Positions 1 to 8,641 of a DNA stretch of 64,000 bases are shown piece by piece. The position numbers were made by a program, and so were the translations under genes. The stretch's first letter is position 1; each line of letters begins with the position of its first letter. This stretch comes from an uncultured Acidimicrobiia bacterium (lineage in GTDB: Bacteria > Actinomycetota > Acidimicrobiia > Spongiisociales > UBA11373). The notes under the pieces are model-generated. The model saw nothing but the letters and a program-made list of their open reading frames with translations, was not told the DNA's origin and ran no database searches. Where the stretch lies: contig CAWCKE010000005.1 of assembly GCA_963796115.1 (NCBI GenBank), positions 444,313-508,312 of the forward strand, read 5' to 3'.

Positions 1-2056
1 CAAGGGCTCCGGGGCGGCCGGACGCAACACGGGGGCCAGCCCGGCGTAGATGCCGGCGTAGGCGATAGCCATGTCCTCGAGGGTGGGCAGGGCGCGGCCG
101 GCCTCGGCGGCCTCCCGGGCCAGCCGGGCGAGCCTCGCCGGGTCGGCGAAGAGGCTGCGCAGTGTGTCGGCCACCGCCGGCGGGTTCCAGGGATCGACCG
201 TCACCCCGCCCCCGTGGGCCCGGATCCGCTCCCCGATCGCCCCCAGGTTCGAGCCGGCCACCGGCAGTCCGAGGCGCCAGGCCTCCGACAGGGTGTAGGA
301 GTAGGTCTCCGCCCAGGGGGAGAGCAGCAGGACGAGGTCGATCCCCGCCTCGGCGAGCAGCCGGGGCAGATCGTCGCGCCGGTAGGTGCCGTGCAACACC
401 ACCTGGCGGCGGGGCCGGGTGCCGAACCGCTCCCTTCCGAAGAAGTGCCAGGTCACCTCGTCCGGGACCAGGGTGTCGATGACCTGTTCGAGCAGCCCGT
501 CTCCCTTGTGCCGCCCGCCGTAGCCCAGCACCGCAACCTGCCGGTGAGGCCCATCCGGCGGGCCCGGCAGCGGCTCGCGGGCGGGGATGCCGTGCGGGAC
601 GACCCTGATCGACGAAGCCAGTTCCGGGAAGCTGTGCACCAGCACCTCGCGGGCGGCCCCGGAGGGCGTGATCAGGAGGCTCGCCGCGTCTCAGGAGGAA
701 TCGGTGGACGTCCCGCCACTCGGGGACGAACAGGCCGGCGAGGCGGCGCGCTCGCTCCTCGCAGCCGGCGCAGGGCGTCCCGTCCTCCAGGCTGGTGCAC
801 GGGGCACCGGTCTCGGCGTCCAGCAGCTGCGCCGAGGGGCAGAGGGGGTAGTAGTCGTGGAGGGTCCAGGCCACCGGGATCCGCTGGAGCAGGGCCCGAT
901 CGAGCAGCGCGTCGATGAAAGCCATCGGCGCCCGCATGGTGTGCTGGATGTGGATCAAGTCGATGCCCGTCGCGAGGAGGCGGTCGGCCCAGGCTGCCGG
1001 CTCGGACGCGCCCTCGAACCGGATGGGGAACTGCAGGACGATGCCCTCTTCCGGCCGCCACTGGACGGTGCCCCGGCCGGCGTCGTCGAAGCTGACCACC
1101 AGCGGGTCGATTCGGTCGCCCACCGTTTCCACCAGGTCGGACAGGTGCAGCTCGCTGCCGCCGATCACCCCCGACCAGAGCCGGTTGTGGATCAGGTAGA
1201 GCACGCGCCGCCGCTCGGGCGACTTGCTCCGGCGCAGCAACTCGATGCCGAACCGGGCCTGCACTCCCCACAGCGGGTTGCGCTCGATGAAGCCCCGGAT
1301 GACCTCGTGGTAGTCGGGCCAGACCTGGGTGATGCGGTCCAGGTGGCCGGGAAGGTCGCCGCCGTCCGTCTCGGCGAAGGAGACGCCGCCCTCGTGATGG
1401 ACGAACACCGTGTCGCACAGGAGGTTGAGGTACCCCCGGTCGCGCATCCGGCAGGCCAGGTCGTTCTCCTCTCCGTAGCCGGTGCCGAACAGCTCCTCGT
1501 CGAAGCACCCGCACGCGTCGAGGGCCTCCCGGCGGAGGTAGACGCAGAACCCGACCGAGGTGGGTATCTCCAGCCACTCGCCGGTGCCGGCGGCGGCGGC
1601 CACCTCGTCCAGATAGGCGGTGCCCATGGCCGCCGGGAACCGGTTGGGCACCAGCCATTGCGGCACCGAGCAGATGGTGGCGTTGTCCGACAGCGGGGTC
1701 ACCGACCCGACCCGCGCCGAGCTGTGAGCCAGGGCGTGCAGGCGCTCCAGCCATCCCGGCGGCACCTCGGTGTCGCTGTTGAGCAGCACCACGTCTCCCC
1801 GGGCCTCCCTCATGGCCAGGTTGCAGTTGCGGACGAATCCCAGGTTCTGTGGCTGGCGGACTACCACCACCCGCGAGTCGGAGGCGGCAAAGGAGGCGAG
1901 CAGCCCCGGCAACCGGGGGTCGGGGCTGGCGTCGTCGGCCACCACGATGCGCACGTGCTCCCCGGGGGTGTGGGCGAGGACGGAGGCCAGGCAGCGGGCG
2001 ACCGCGTCGTGCCCGTTGTAGACCGGGATGACCACGTCGATCGGCAAGTGCGCCAC
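1..2056 (-). CDS. Bifunctional glycosyltransferase: N-terminal GT2 domain fused to a C-terminal GT1/GT4 domain. The 3' end runs off the window. There is an apparent 1-nt frameshift near 685-695.
   Basis: Own translation from GTG at 2056: VAHLPIDVVIPVYNGHDAVARCL..VRIVVADDASPD..QNLGFVRNCNLA..VVLLNSDTEV (GT2 hallmarks), then ..GIDLIHIQHT..VAWTLHDYYPLC. After a frame change (in-frame TGA at 691-693 in the C-terminal frame) it continues SLLITPSGAAREVL..IDLVLLLSPWAETYSYTLSEAWRLGLPVAGSNLGAIGERI (GT1 C-terminal domain). It is absent from the ORF track because it has no stop inside the window. The start lies 4 nt after the upstream gene's stop. Confidence 0.8.
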   Translation of the reverse strand, partial: MAHLPIDVVIPVYNGHDAVARCLASVLAHTPGEHVRIVVADDASPDPRLPGLLASFAASDSRVVVVRQPQNLGFVRNCNLAMREARGDVVLLNSDTEVPPGWLERLHALAHSSARVGSVTPLSDNATICSVPQWLVPNRFPAAMGTAYLDEVAAAAGTGEWLEIPTSVGFCVYLRREALDACGCFDEELFGTGYGEENDLACRMRDRGYLNLLCDTVFVHHEGGVSFAETDGGDLPGHLDRITQVWPDYHEVIRGFIERNPLWGVQARFGIELLRRSKSPERRRVLYLIHNRLWSGVIGGSELHLSDLVETVGDRIDPLVVSFDDAGRGTVQWRPEEGIVLQFPIRFEGASEPAAWADRLLATGIDLIHIQHTMRAPMAFIDALLDRALLQRIPVAWTLHDYYPLCPSAQLLDAETGAPCTSLEDGTPCAGCEERARRLAGLFVPEWRDVHRFLLRRGEPPDHALRGRPRGAGAQLPGTGFVDQGRPARHPRPRAAAGPAGWASPAGCGAGLRRAAQGRRAARTGHRHPGPGRGDLALLRKGAVRHPAPPPGGVARHLPARRSAPAARRGGDRPRPAALPLGGDLLLHPVGGLAPRTAGGRLEPGGDRGADPGPRGRGDGRSLEPAGGGRHTAQPLRRPGEARPAGPGGRRGRPRPAHPRGHGYRLRRHLRRAGPRVASGRPGAL

Positions 2057-2060
2057 GGCG

Positions 2061-3707
2061 TCAGCCCGGTAGGTTGCGGCGGCGCTTGATGGCGGCGGCC
2101 ACGTGCCCCGGCCGCAGGCGCCGAGCCTGGAAGCCGAGCCATCCCCGGATGGTGCGGAGGTCGCGCAGTCGGTGCACCTCGGCCTTGAGGTGGCCCATCT
2201 CCTGGTGGTGCATCTGCCGGATGTCGGCGTTCTCCTTGAGCAGGGCGTCGTAGGCCAGGTGGTTCCGACGCCGTTCGCGGTCGAGGTGCTGCCGCAGGGC
2301 CTTGACCTCCGCGTCGAGCGCCCCGGCCTGCTCCTGCAGGGCGGCCATGCGGTGCCGCCGCTCGGCCGATGTGAGCCAGCCGGGCGCCCGGCGCCCCGGG
2401 TCCTTGACCAGGAGCACCCGGCTGCGCCCGGCCGGGCCGGGCGAGATGTCGCCGACCAGCCAGCCGGACTCCAGGGCGGCCACCTCTATCTCGTCCAGGT
2501 GGTGGTGGTGCAGGGGCCCGCTCCGGGCGGAGGTCGCGCTGAGCCGCGGCCACCGCTTGACCGGGGGGACCCCGGTCTCGTCTACGACCAGGGCATCCAG
2601 TCCGACGATCGCGTCGGTGGAGCTCGTGTCCCGCAAGAACGCCAGCAGCCCGGTGAGGGCGGCGGTGGGCAGGGTCTCGGCCACCCCGGTGAGCAACACA
2701 TGCGAGTAGCGAACCGAGGGACGCCCATCGCGCAGCCTGCCCTCGCGATCGGAGTAGGCGAAGTCGATCTCCACCCGGTCCACGCCGTGGAGCAGCGGCT
2801 CGCGCCGGCCTTCCTCCGGCACGACGTCGAGCACCCGGCTCACCGTGGGGCCGCGGGTGGAGATGAACTCCCACAGGGCGTCGCGCCTCGGCGGGAAGGC
2901 GGGCCCGACCACCAGCGGGGTCGCTTCGTCGTCGCGCTCCGGGATGGCCGCCAGGGCGGCGGCCACCTGCCAGGACTGGTGCACCGGGCAGGCCGCCTCC
3001 TGTGCGCCGGCGGCCACGAGCGCCTCGTAGCCGCTCCCACCGGCGCCCTCCGGTCGCTGGTGGCGGAGGCCCGGGTCGAACAGGTTCTCGGCCGCCTCCC
3101 CGTCCCAGGCCAGCCCCATGGCCTCTGCCACCGCGCGCACCCGGTCGAACAGCACGGGGCGAGGCCCGTCGTAGTCCACGATGGGGAACCCGAGCCGGGC
3201 GTGCAGGGCGGCCAGGCGGGCCTGGTGCGCGTCGGCGATGGCCCGGGCCACCCCGGGGCTGAACCCGTTGCGCGCCACGAGTGACGCCGCGGCGGCGGCG
3301 GGGTGCCGCAGCACCCCGATCAGGCGCATGGCGGGGAGGATCTCCGCCCAGGCCGGCAGCAGGAAGAGCAGGCGGGGGTCTTTGACCCCCCAGGGGCGGC
3401 CGCCCCGGGCCAGCCCGTCGATGACGGCGGCCAGCGGCTCCAGGTCGACCGTGTTGAGGTCCAGGCGGTGGGGCGGGCAGGTCCAGTCACGCTCCTGCGC
3501 CTGCAGGATGGCCTCGTGCGCGGCGAGGACGTCCACCGACTCGAAGAAGCCGCGGGGATTGTCGGGCCCGGCGGAAAGCAGCGTCCCCATGTGGAGGCCG
3601 GCCTGCCAGAGCAGGCCCGAGACCAGGCTGGTCCCGCAGCGGTGCCCGCCCAGGATCAGGAGTGGGGCGGGGCCGTCGGTCCCGGCGGGCGGCGGCTCGG
3701 CGGGCAT
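2061..3707 (-). CDS. Sulfotransferase-domain protein with a degenerate Rossmann/methyltransferase-like middle region and a C-terminal coiled coil.
   Basis: Internal ATG (codon 201 of track ORF 2061..4307) is preceded by GGAGGA. The N-terminus is MPAEPPPAGTDGPAPLLILGGHRCGTSLVSGLLWQAG (PAPS-binding-loop-like), followed by GVKDPRLLFLLPAWAEILP..LIGVLRHPAAAAASL. The C-terminal ~90 aa are heptad-rich (ALQEQAGALDAEVKALRQHLDRERRRNHLAYDALLKENADIRQMHHQEMGHLKAEVHRL). The 200 codons upstream are R/P/G low-complexity and I rejected them. Confidence 0.7.
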   Translation of the reverse strand: MPAEPPPAGTDGPAPLLILGGHRCGTSLVSGLLWQAGLHMGTLLSAGPDNPRGFFESVDVLAAHEAILQAQERDWTCPPHRLDLNTVDLEPLAAVIDGLARGGRPWGVKDPRLLFLLPAWAEILPAMRLIGVLRHPAAAAASLVARNGFSPGVARAIADAHQARLAALHARLGFPIVDYDGPRPVLFDRVRAVAEAMGLAWDGEAAENLFDPGLRHQRPEGAGGSGYEALVAAGAQEAACPVHQSWQVAAALAAIPERDDEATPLVVGPAFPPRRDALWEFISTRGPTVSRVLDVVPEEGRREPLLHGVDRVEIDFAYSDREGRLRDGRPSVRYSHVLLTGVAETLPTAALTGLLAFLRDTSSTDAIVGLDALVVDETGVPPVKRWPRLSATSARSGPLHHHHLDEIEVAALESGWLVGDISPGPAGRSRVLLVKDPGRRAPGWLTSAERRHRMAALQEQAGALDAEVKALRQHLDRERRRNHLAYDALLKENADIRQMHHQEMGHLKAEVHRLRDLRTIRGWLGFQARRLRPGHVAAAIKRRRNLPG

Positions 3708-3733
3708 AGATCCTCCGGTAGGGAAGGTTCGAG

Positions 3734-4513
3734 TCAGGATAGACGGCGGTCGTCGGACGCCCCGTCCGTGCCCGCCGCAGGCCGAAGCGGGGCGGCCGGG
3801 TCGGCCTTGTGCGATTCGGGCCCGGCATCCTCGAAGGTGTAGCCGTGGCGGGTGACGATGCCCGCCGCCAGCCGACCGATCAGGTCCCGCAGTTCCGGGT
3901 CGTAGTAGTCCTGGAAGCGGGAGCGCTGCGAGCGGTTGACCGGCGGGCGCTCGAACAGGTCGAGGCGGAACCGGTCGGACAGGGGCACACCGGCCGCGCC
4001 GAGGAAGGCCGCGAAGTCGCGGCGCAGGTTCTCGAAGTGGCCCATCGTGATCCGCCCCTCCGCCAGGCTGGCCCCGGCCTGGCGCCGCAGGTGCATGGTC
4101 AGCAGGTCCACGCCTTGCTCGGCCGCCTGGCGCACCTGGGACTGTGGGGCGAAGGTGGCGGCCACGGCCGGGTCGTAGAGCCGCCGCATGGTGGTGGCGA
4201 AGTCGAAGTGGAAATCGCCCGACAGGTCCACGAACCAGGGGTTGATCACCCGCACGCGGTCGCGGTGCTCGTCGGGACGCCCGGCGCCGGCCAGGTAGTG
4301 GAACCACGACACGTGCCAGTCCCAGGGGTTGCGGACCAGGGCGAAGCGGGGCAGGTCCCGGTACTCCTCGGGGATCTCCACGTCGGGGCCGTGCTTGGCG
4401 ATGGTGGTCGGCACGATCCAGTCGGCGGGCAGGTGGCGGGCGCAGATGCGCCGGATGAAGTCACCGCCGGTCTTGGGGATGTGCACGAACACGAACCGGG
4501 GGGTGATCAGCAT
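3734..4513 (-). CDS. Sulfotransferase family protein (Sulfotransfer_2-like).
   Basis: Track ORF of 259 aa. N-terminal MLITPRFVFVHIPKTGGDFIRRI matches the HxPKTGG(T/S) 5'-phosphosulfate-binding loop of family-2 carbohydrate sulfotransferases. RNPWDWHVSWFHY follows. GC3-rich frame. Confidence 0.8.
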   Translation of the reverse strand: MLITPRFVFVHIPKTGGDFIRRICARHLPADWIVPTTIAKHGPDVEIPEEYRDLPRFALVRNPWDWHVSWFHYLAGAGRPDEHRDRVRVINPWFVDLSGDFHFDFATTMRRLYDPAVAATFAPQSQVRQAAEQGVDLLTMHLRRQAGASLAEGRITMGHFENLRRDFAAFLGAAGVPLSDRFRLDLFERPPVNRSQRSRFQDYYDPELRDLIGRLAAGIVTRHGYTFEDAGPESHKADPAAPLRPAAGTDGASDDRRLS

Positions 4514-4559
4514 GGGGGCACCCGCCTTCGACCGGTGGGCGTCGCCGTCGATGCGGAGG

Positions 4560-5429
4560 TCATCCGCCTTCGCCCCCCGTCGGCACCGGGTAGCCGAGGT
4601 CGTTGAGGAAGGTGCCCAGCTGCCGGTGGATGGCGGCGATCTCGCCGGCCTCCAGCTCCTCCTGCCACCCCCCCACCCGGGCGGTCCGCACGAAGCGGCC
4701 CGGGCCCTTGCGCTCGGCGGGGATCCGCTCGTAGTCGTGGCGCTCGATCGCCTTGCGCAGGGCGGCGGTGTCGCACGGCAGGCCCAGGACGTGGGCGAGG
4801 TGGTTCATCTCGGCGACGGGATCGCGGCGGAGGCGTTCGTACCGCATCTCGTACAGCCGCCCGGGGGCGAGGGCCTCGACCTCCTTGAGCCCCTCGGCGA
4901 TCCTCAGGAAGCGCTTGATCGACTGGTTCACCACCTTGGTGCGGTTGAACTCCTCATGGACCCGCTCGCCCATCCAGGAGCCGGGCTTGCGGGCATCGAT
5001 GAGGGAGGCGATGACATCGCGGGGGTCGCGGAGCATGAAGACGAACTTGGCCTGGGGCATGGCCTTGACGATGAGCGGGGCCACCACCGTGCCGTTGGGC
5101 TCCTTGATGGCCAGGCCGGCGAACCCGGCAGCGGGGCCCGCCTGCCGGGCGATCACATCCATGAAGAGGGTGTTGAGCGAGGCACGCCAGTTCTCCTCCT
5201 GGGGATGGGACATCCAGAAGGTGGGGTCGTCGAACCGGCCGGGCTCGTTGTCCTTGAGGAGGTTGGCGAAACCCAGGATCTGGCCCAGGTAGGGCTCGTT
5301 CCACAGTCTGAGGTTGAGGCCGTCGGTGAGCAGCTGCACCAGCCAGGTCGTGCCCGAACGCGGGTGGCCGAACACCCAGACGACGCGCTCCTCGGGGAAC
5401 CCTCCCGGGGGTGGGGGCGGGAATGGCAC
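4560..5429 (-). CDS. Sulfotransferase family protein (Sulfotransfer_1/3-like).
   Basis: C-terminal 290 codons of track ORF 4560..6143, starting at GTG 5429 with GAAAGG 8 nt upstream. Motifs: ERVVWVFGHPRSGTTWLVQLL (PSB loop), FVFMLRDPRDVIASL (3'-phosphate-binding-like RDPRD..S). The upstream part of the track ORF is low-complexity and overlaps the plus-strand gene at 5572. Confidence 0.8.
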   Translation of the reverse strand: MPFPPPPPGGFPEERVVWVFGHPRSGTTWLVQLLTDGLNLRLWNEPYLGQILGFANLLKDNEPGRFDDPTFWMSHPQEENWRASLNTLFMDVIARQAGPAAGFAGLAIKEPNGTVVAPLIVKAMPQAKFVFMLRDPRDVIASLIDARKPGSWMGERVHEEFNRTKVVNQSIKRFLRIAEGLKEVEALAPGRLYEMRYERLRRDPVAEMNHLAHVLGLPCDTAALRKAIERHDYERIPAERKGPGRFVRTARVGGWQEELEAGEIAAIHRQLGTFLNDLGYPVPTGGEGG

Positions 5430-5558
5430 AGGCGAGCCTTTCGACGTATCGCGGGTTGCTGTGAGCGGCCCGAGACTAGTCGGTGGGGGCTCCGGCCCCG
5501 TCGGCGGCCATCGCCCGGGCGGGGTGCAGGCTCTCCCTTCCGGGGGCCGGCTCCCGGC

Positions 5559-5566
5559 TAGCGTGG
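5559..5566 (+). promoter_or_regulatory. TAGCGTGG motif, a candidate -10 box (TAGCGT) 7 nt upstream of the ATG at 5572. This would give a leaderless-type transcript.
   Basis: The sequence cccggcTAGCGTGGctcgcATG is seen directly. The same octamer with a cggc-N flank recurs at 15566-15573 and 16239-16246, upstream of two other exported proteins. Confidence 0.35.
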
Positions 5567-5571
5567 CTCGC

Positions 5572-6009
5572 ATGCGCTGGTTCGCCGTCGGAGTCCAACC
5601 GGTGGGGGTGATCGCCGTCGGGGCGCTCCCCACCGGGGTGATCGCCCTCGGCCAGGGGGCCACCGGGGTGGTAGCCGTCGGGCAGTTGGCGCGGGGCGTG
5701 GTGACCGTCGGCCAGTTGAGCCTGGGGATCTTCTCGCTCGGCCAGCTGTCGATGGGATTGGCCTGGGCGGGCGGCCAGCTGGCGGTGGGCGGCACGTCGG
5801 GCTTCGCCCAGCTGCCCATCGGCCTGGTCGGTCGCTGGGTGCCCTGGCGCGCCCGGCCGCCGGAGGTGCGCCCGCCGCGCAGCATCTGGACCCTGGCCCT
5901 GCGAGCGGTGCTGCTGGCCGGGGCCGCCGCCCTGGTGGGCTGGCTGGCGATCTGGCCTGTGGTGGACGCCTGCCTGCGCCCGGGGGGCATCTTCTCCTCG
6001 CTGCCCTGA
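5572..6009 (+). CDS. Small membrane protein made of degenerate ~10-residue Gly/Val/Gln repeats plus a C-terminal TM helix. Function unknown.
   Basis: In-frame ATG inside track ORF 5314..6009. MRWFAVGVQPVGVIAVGALPTGVIALGQGATGVVAVGQLARGVVTVGQLSLGIFSLGQLSMGLAWAGGQLAVGG..IWTLALRAVLLAGAAALVGWLAIWPVV. Third codon positions are overwhelmingly G/C in this frame. Confidence 0.55.
   Translation: MRWFAVGVQPVGVIAVGALPTGVIALGQGATGVVAVGQLARGVVTVGQLSLGIFSLGQLSMGLAWAGGQLAVGGTSGFAQLPIGLVGRWVPWRARPPEVRPPRSIWTLALRAVLLAGAAALVGWLAIWPVVDACLRPGGIFSSLP
5600..5830 (+). repeat. About 7 degenerate tandem 30-nt (decapeptide) coding repeats inside the 5572-6009 gene.
   Basis: Repeated peptide units are LPTGVIALGQ / GATGVVAVGQ / LARGVVTVGQ / LSLGIFSLGQ / LSMGLAWAGGQ / LAVGGTSGFAQ / LPIGLVGR. 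The underlying DNA repeats ggggtg(g/a)t(c/a)gcc(g/c)tcgg(c/g)cag. Confidence 0.6.
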
Positions 6010-6105
6010 GCCCGCCGGCCGCGGAGGCCCGGCCGAGCGCCCTCCTTCCCGGGGTTGGCGACGGCATCCCCGGTACCCTGCCGGGCGGGGCAGAGAGGCG
6101 GCTGA

Positions 6106-7316
6106 GTGCTCAACGACTCGAACACCGCGCGGCGGCGGGCCATGACCGTGGTGGTCGCCTTCGGGGTGGTGAGCCTGCTGGGCGATGTGGTCTACGAGGG
6201 AGCCCGCAGCATCCTCGGGCCCTACCTGGGGACGCTCGGGGCCTCGGCGGCGATAGTCGGCCTGGTGTCCGGGGTGGGGGAGTTCACCGGCAGCGCCCTG
6301 CGGGTGGCCACGGGCTGGATGGCCGACCGCACGGGGGGCTACTGGACGATGACCTTCCTGGGGTACGGGCTCACCATCGTGGCCGTGCCCTTCCTCGGGC
6401 TGGTCGGGAGGGTGGACCTGGTTCTGGCCCTGGTGGTGATGGAGCGGCTGGGCAAGGCGGTGCGCTCGCCGGCCCGCGACGCCCTGCTGGCCGAGGCTTC
6501 CCGGCCGCTGGGCCGGGGATGGGGGTTCGGCCTGCACGAGGCGCTCGACCAGACCGGAGCCGTGCTCGGGCCCCTGCTGGCCGCGGCCGTGCTCGCCTGG
6601 CGTGCGGGCGACTACCGAATGGCGTTCTTGGCCGTCGCCGTGCCGGGGGCGCTGGTGCTGCCCGCCCTCCTGGTCGCGCGGCGGGCCCTGGGGGCAGCGC
6701 CGACGCCGGCGGCGGCCCACCCGGCCGCGGGTGACCCGCGGGCAGGGGCGCGCCGCAGGCACGCCGGTACCTGGCCTTCGTGGCGCTGACGGCCGCGGGG
6801 CTGGCACCCTTCCCGCTGATCGCCTTTCACGCGGTGAGGGCGCCGGTGCTGTCCGAAGCCCAGGTGCCGCTGCTCTTCGCCGCCGCCATGGCGGTGGACG
6901 CCACTGCCGCTCTGGCCGTGGGGCGCCGCTACGACCGGCGGGGCCTGGCCGTGCTGGCAGCGCTGCCTCTGCTGTCGGTGGCGGCGCTGGCGGCGTTCGG
7001 CCGCTCGGCCTGGCTCCTGTGGGCCGGGGCGGTGGCCTGGGGTGCGGCCATGGGGATTCAGGAGTCCACTTTGCGGGCGGCGGTGGCCGATCTGAGGGGC
7101 GACACGCCCCCGGCCACCGCGTACGGCCTGTTCCACACCGCGTACGGCCTCGCCCTGCTCGCCGGGGGTGCGGCGCTGGGTGCCCTGTACGACTGGTCGA
7201 CGGGTGCGTTGGTGGGAGTGGTGGTGGGAGTGCAGGCGGCGGCCTGGCTGGTGCTGCGTGGGCTGCTCACCGGCGGCGAGGGGCGGCTTTCCTCAGGGGG
7301 ATCGCCCCCGACCTAG
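6106..7316 (+). CDS. MFS transporter, with an apparent frameshift between 6735 and 6765.
   Basis: Track ORFs 6106..6789 and 6780..7316 are the N- and C-terminal halves of one 12-TM-type MFS protein (..VVAFGVVSLLGDVVYEGARSILGPYL..MERLGKAVRSPARDALLAE.. / ..RYLAFVALTAAGLAPFPLIAFH..GIQESTLRAAVADL..). They join only after a 1-nt frame change in the central loop. Confidence 0.75.
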
Positions 7317-8505
7317 GCGAGCGGCTCCCAGACCGTCCCACCGGGGGTGTCGTGGACCTCCACGGAGAGCAGGCTGAGGGCCCGCCGGATGGCATCGGCG
7401 TCTTCCCAGCGCCCGTCGGCCCTGGCCCGGGCCCTCACCCCCAGCAAGGCCTCGACCGCCCCGGCCCGAGCCTTGTCGTCCAGGCGGAGTCCGGCCATGA
7501 CGGCGGCGAAGCGAGTGACCATGCCCAGCAAGGACGAATGGGCCTCGGCGGCGGCGTCCCCGTCCCAGGCCTGATGGGCATCTTCGAGCGAGAGGATGGC
7601 GCTCGAGGGCCGCGCCGGCATCGTTCACCTCGCACGGCCCTGTGGAACTCGCCTTCCAGGGAGGCCAGCGAGGGCGGGGCGCTGTGGGACGTAGGTTCCA
7701 CCGACTCCGACGGGCCCGCGCTGAGGAGGGAGGTGGGAGCCGAATCGCCGGGGCCGAGCACGGTGGCATCGGGGCCCACGAGCAGGGTGACGGTCCCTTT
7801 CCCGGCCACGCTGAACCGGCCTTCATCGAGGTCGAGGAGGCAGGCGGTGTGCTCGTCGACACCGAGGATGGCGACGCCACCGGGCAGCCGGGAGCGCAAC
7901 TCCCCGAACCGCCGGGCTCCCATCCAGCAGTGACTGGTGTCGTGGGTGCCCCCTTCGGCGTTGTCCCAGTGGGGCACGACCACGGCGGAGATGCCCGCGG
8001 CTCCCAGGACGTCGAGCCCATCGAGCCAGTGCGGGTCGGCTCCCACCTTGTAGATCTCGTACACGGGGAGAGAGAAGCGGCCCAGGGTGATGGAGGCGGC
8101 CGAGGCGAAGGTCAGGGCCCCGCCGGCGGTGAGCTTGTCGGCCAGGATCCCGGCCACGGGAGAGCCGGCCGTCCAGACTCGCAGCGCATAGGACGGGCTG
8201 CCCGGCCCGGAGAAGACCACCGGGGCGCGGCGCAGGGTGTCCAGCGCCCGCTCCCGGGACGGGGCCGGGTCGCCCGCCGACCGCAACGAGGCCACCTCCA
8301 CCTCGGCCATGGGGAGGCTGATGTGGAAGTAGTCCAGTGTCCGGGCGGTCAGCTCGTCGGCGTTCTCCTGGAAGCCGTAGGGGGTGTCGAGCACCGCCAC
8401 CAGGGGATGGCCTCCGAGGCGTTCGAACACGGCCCGGTGCACCGGGACCATGGTGGCGGTGGTCTCGCCGGAGCCCATGATGGTGAGCAGGCGTGGTGCT
8501 GCCAT
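7313..8505 (-). CDS. Hypothetical protein: a cyanophycinase/peptidase-S51-like N-terminal domain fused to a CysRS C-terminal-like domain. Apparent frameshift near 7620-7640.
   Basis: Track ORF 7435..8505 gives LLTIMGSGETT..VVFSGPGSPSYALRVW..GGALTFASAASITLG (S51-like layout). ORF 7313..7621 gives ..RLDDKARAGAVEALLGVRARARADGRWEDADAIRRALSLLSVEVHDTPGGTVW, which resembles the C-terminal helical tail of cysteinyl-tRNA synthetase (..ARKAKDWAAAD.IRD.L...GI.LED.P.GT.W). Confidence 0.6.
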
Positions 8506-8641
8506 GGCGGTGCTTCAGGTTACGCCGCGACTGCCGCCCGCACGGGAGGTGCTCCGAGATCGACTGCCAAGCGAGTTCAACTGCTGAGCCGTCACCCCGG
8601 GCGACTAGGGTCGGGGCCGCCCGAGACATGGAGGCCGGATA

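Noticed and set aside
587-2089. A 500-aa plus-strand ORF and a 360-aa minus-strand ORF (672..1754) over the left end.
   Set aside because: Both are off-frame or antisense shadows of the GT2-GT1 glycosyltransferase. That gene's true frame is missing from the track only because it has no stop inside the window.
4560-6143. The full-length 527-aa form of the third sulfotransferase ORF, and the 748-aa form of ORF 2061..4307.
   Set aside because: The N-terminal 238 and 200 codons are P/R/G/A low-complexity. They overlap the better-supported plus-strand gene at 5572-6009 and the neighbouring sulfotransferase gene respectively. The conserved domains begin at internal starts that have RBS-like sequences.
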